The notes beneath the pieces were generated by a model. That model did not search any database, had not been told where the DNA came from, and was given only the letters and a program-made list of their open reading frames with translations. Below, piece by piece: positions 15,020 to 15,264 of a stretch of DNA of 15,264 bases. Position 1 is the first letter of the stretch. Every line of letters starts with the position of its first letter. The DNA lies in NCBI GenBank assembly GCA_031362565.1, contig JANLSU010000026.1, positions 1 through 15,264 of the forward strand. The letters run 5' to 3'. Both the position numbers and the translations under genes were made by a program. This DNA comes from a bacterium (GTDB lineage Bacteria; Krumholzibacteriota; Krumholzibacteriia; G020349025).

Positions 15020-15264
15020 GTATCCATCCGATGAACCCATGTTTTCAGTCGGCGTGTTGATCTGAGAAGCTCCGCACCGAGGAGGTGCGGGATGAAACGC
15101 ACGAAGACTGTGGTGTCGAAGAGATCCCTACAGAGCAATTATTGGCGCGAGGCAGATGCCTTGGCGGTGCTTTCGTCGTGGCGCGAAAGCGGTTTGTCGT
15201 TGCGGGCGTTTGCGCAAGGTCAGGGTCTGAGTTTGTCGCGGCTGGCTCGTTGGAAGGCGCGCCT
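15020..15264 (+). mobile_element. IS66-family insertion sequence, left end (continues beyond the window)
   Basis: GTATCCATCCGATGAACCCATGTTTT at 15020 resembles IS66 terminal repeats (GTA-start; recalled pattern). It is followed 72 nt later by a TnpA-like ORF, and composition shifts to G/T-rich. The right end is not visible. Confidence 0.7.
15092..15264 (+). CDS. tnpA: IS66-family accessory protein TnpA (HTH), 3'-truncated by window
   Basis: GGAGG at 15081-15085 precedes ATG 15092. Translation MKRTKTVVSKRSLQSNYWREADALAVLSSWRESGLSLRAFAQGQGLSLSRLARWKAR matches the 'W..SGLS...F....G.S...L..W' pattern of IS66 ORF1. Absent from the supplied ORF track. Confidence 0.8.
   Translation, partial: MKRTKTVVSKRSLQSNYWREADALAVLSSWRESGLSLRAFAQGQGLSLSRLARWKAR

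Noticed and set aside
14860..15060. 66-aa ORF overlapping the metG end
   Set aside because: Overlaps metG and spans the putative IS junction; only the part from ATG 15001 has translation signals.

Overview
High-GC, all-plus-strand window from a diderm bacterium; HolB motifs suggest the FCB group (inference). The first 7 kb is the 3' part of a giant outer-membrane protein gene that enters from outside the window (>2320 aa). It has at least 7.5 indel-free 339-bp/113-aa acidic Ig/Calx-beta-like repeats, then a DUF11-like domain, an SdrD-B-like domain, an OmpA-like peptidoglycan-binding domain, two Ig-like domains and a ~850-aa C-terminal beta-barrel region with a SprA-like motif. Downstream are an uncharacterised lipoprotein (probable beta-propeller plus Ca-binding C-terminal domain), a YabO/RqcP-like S4 protein, ftsE-ftsX-envC, holB (probably leaderless, with a 41-aa insertion in its Zn module) and a short metG. 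The window ends in the left end of an IS66-family element that appears to have inserted 19 nt into an unidentified gene. The most interesting item is the giant protein, which may be a one-gene adhesin, cell-wall anchor and translocon system. All calls are by eye, with no database searches.
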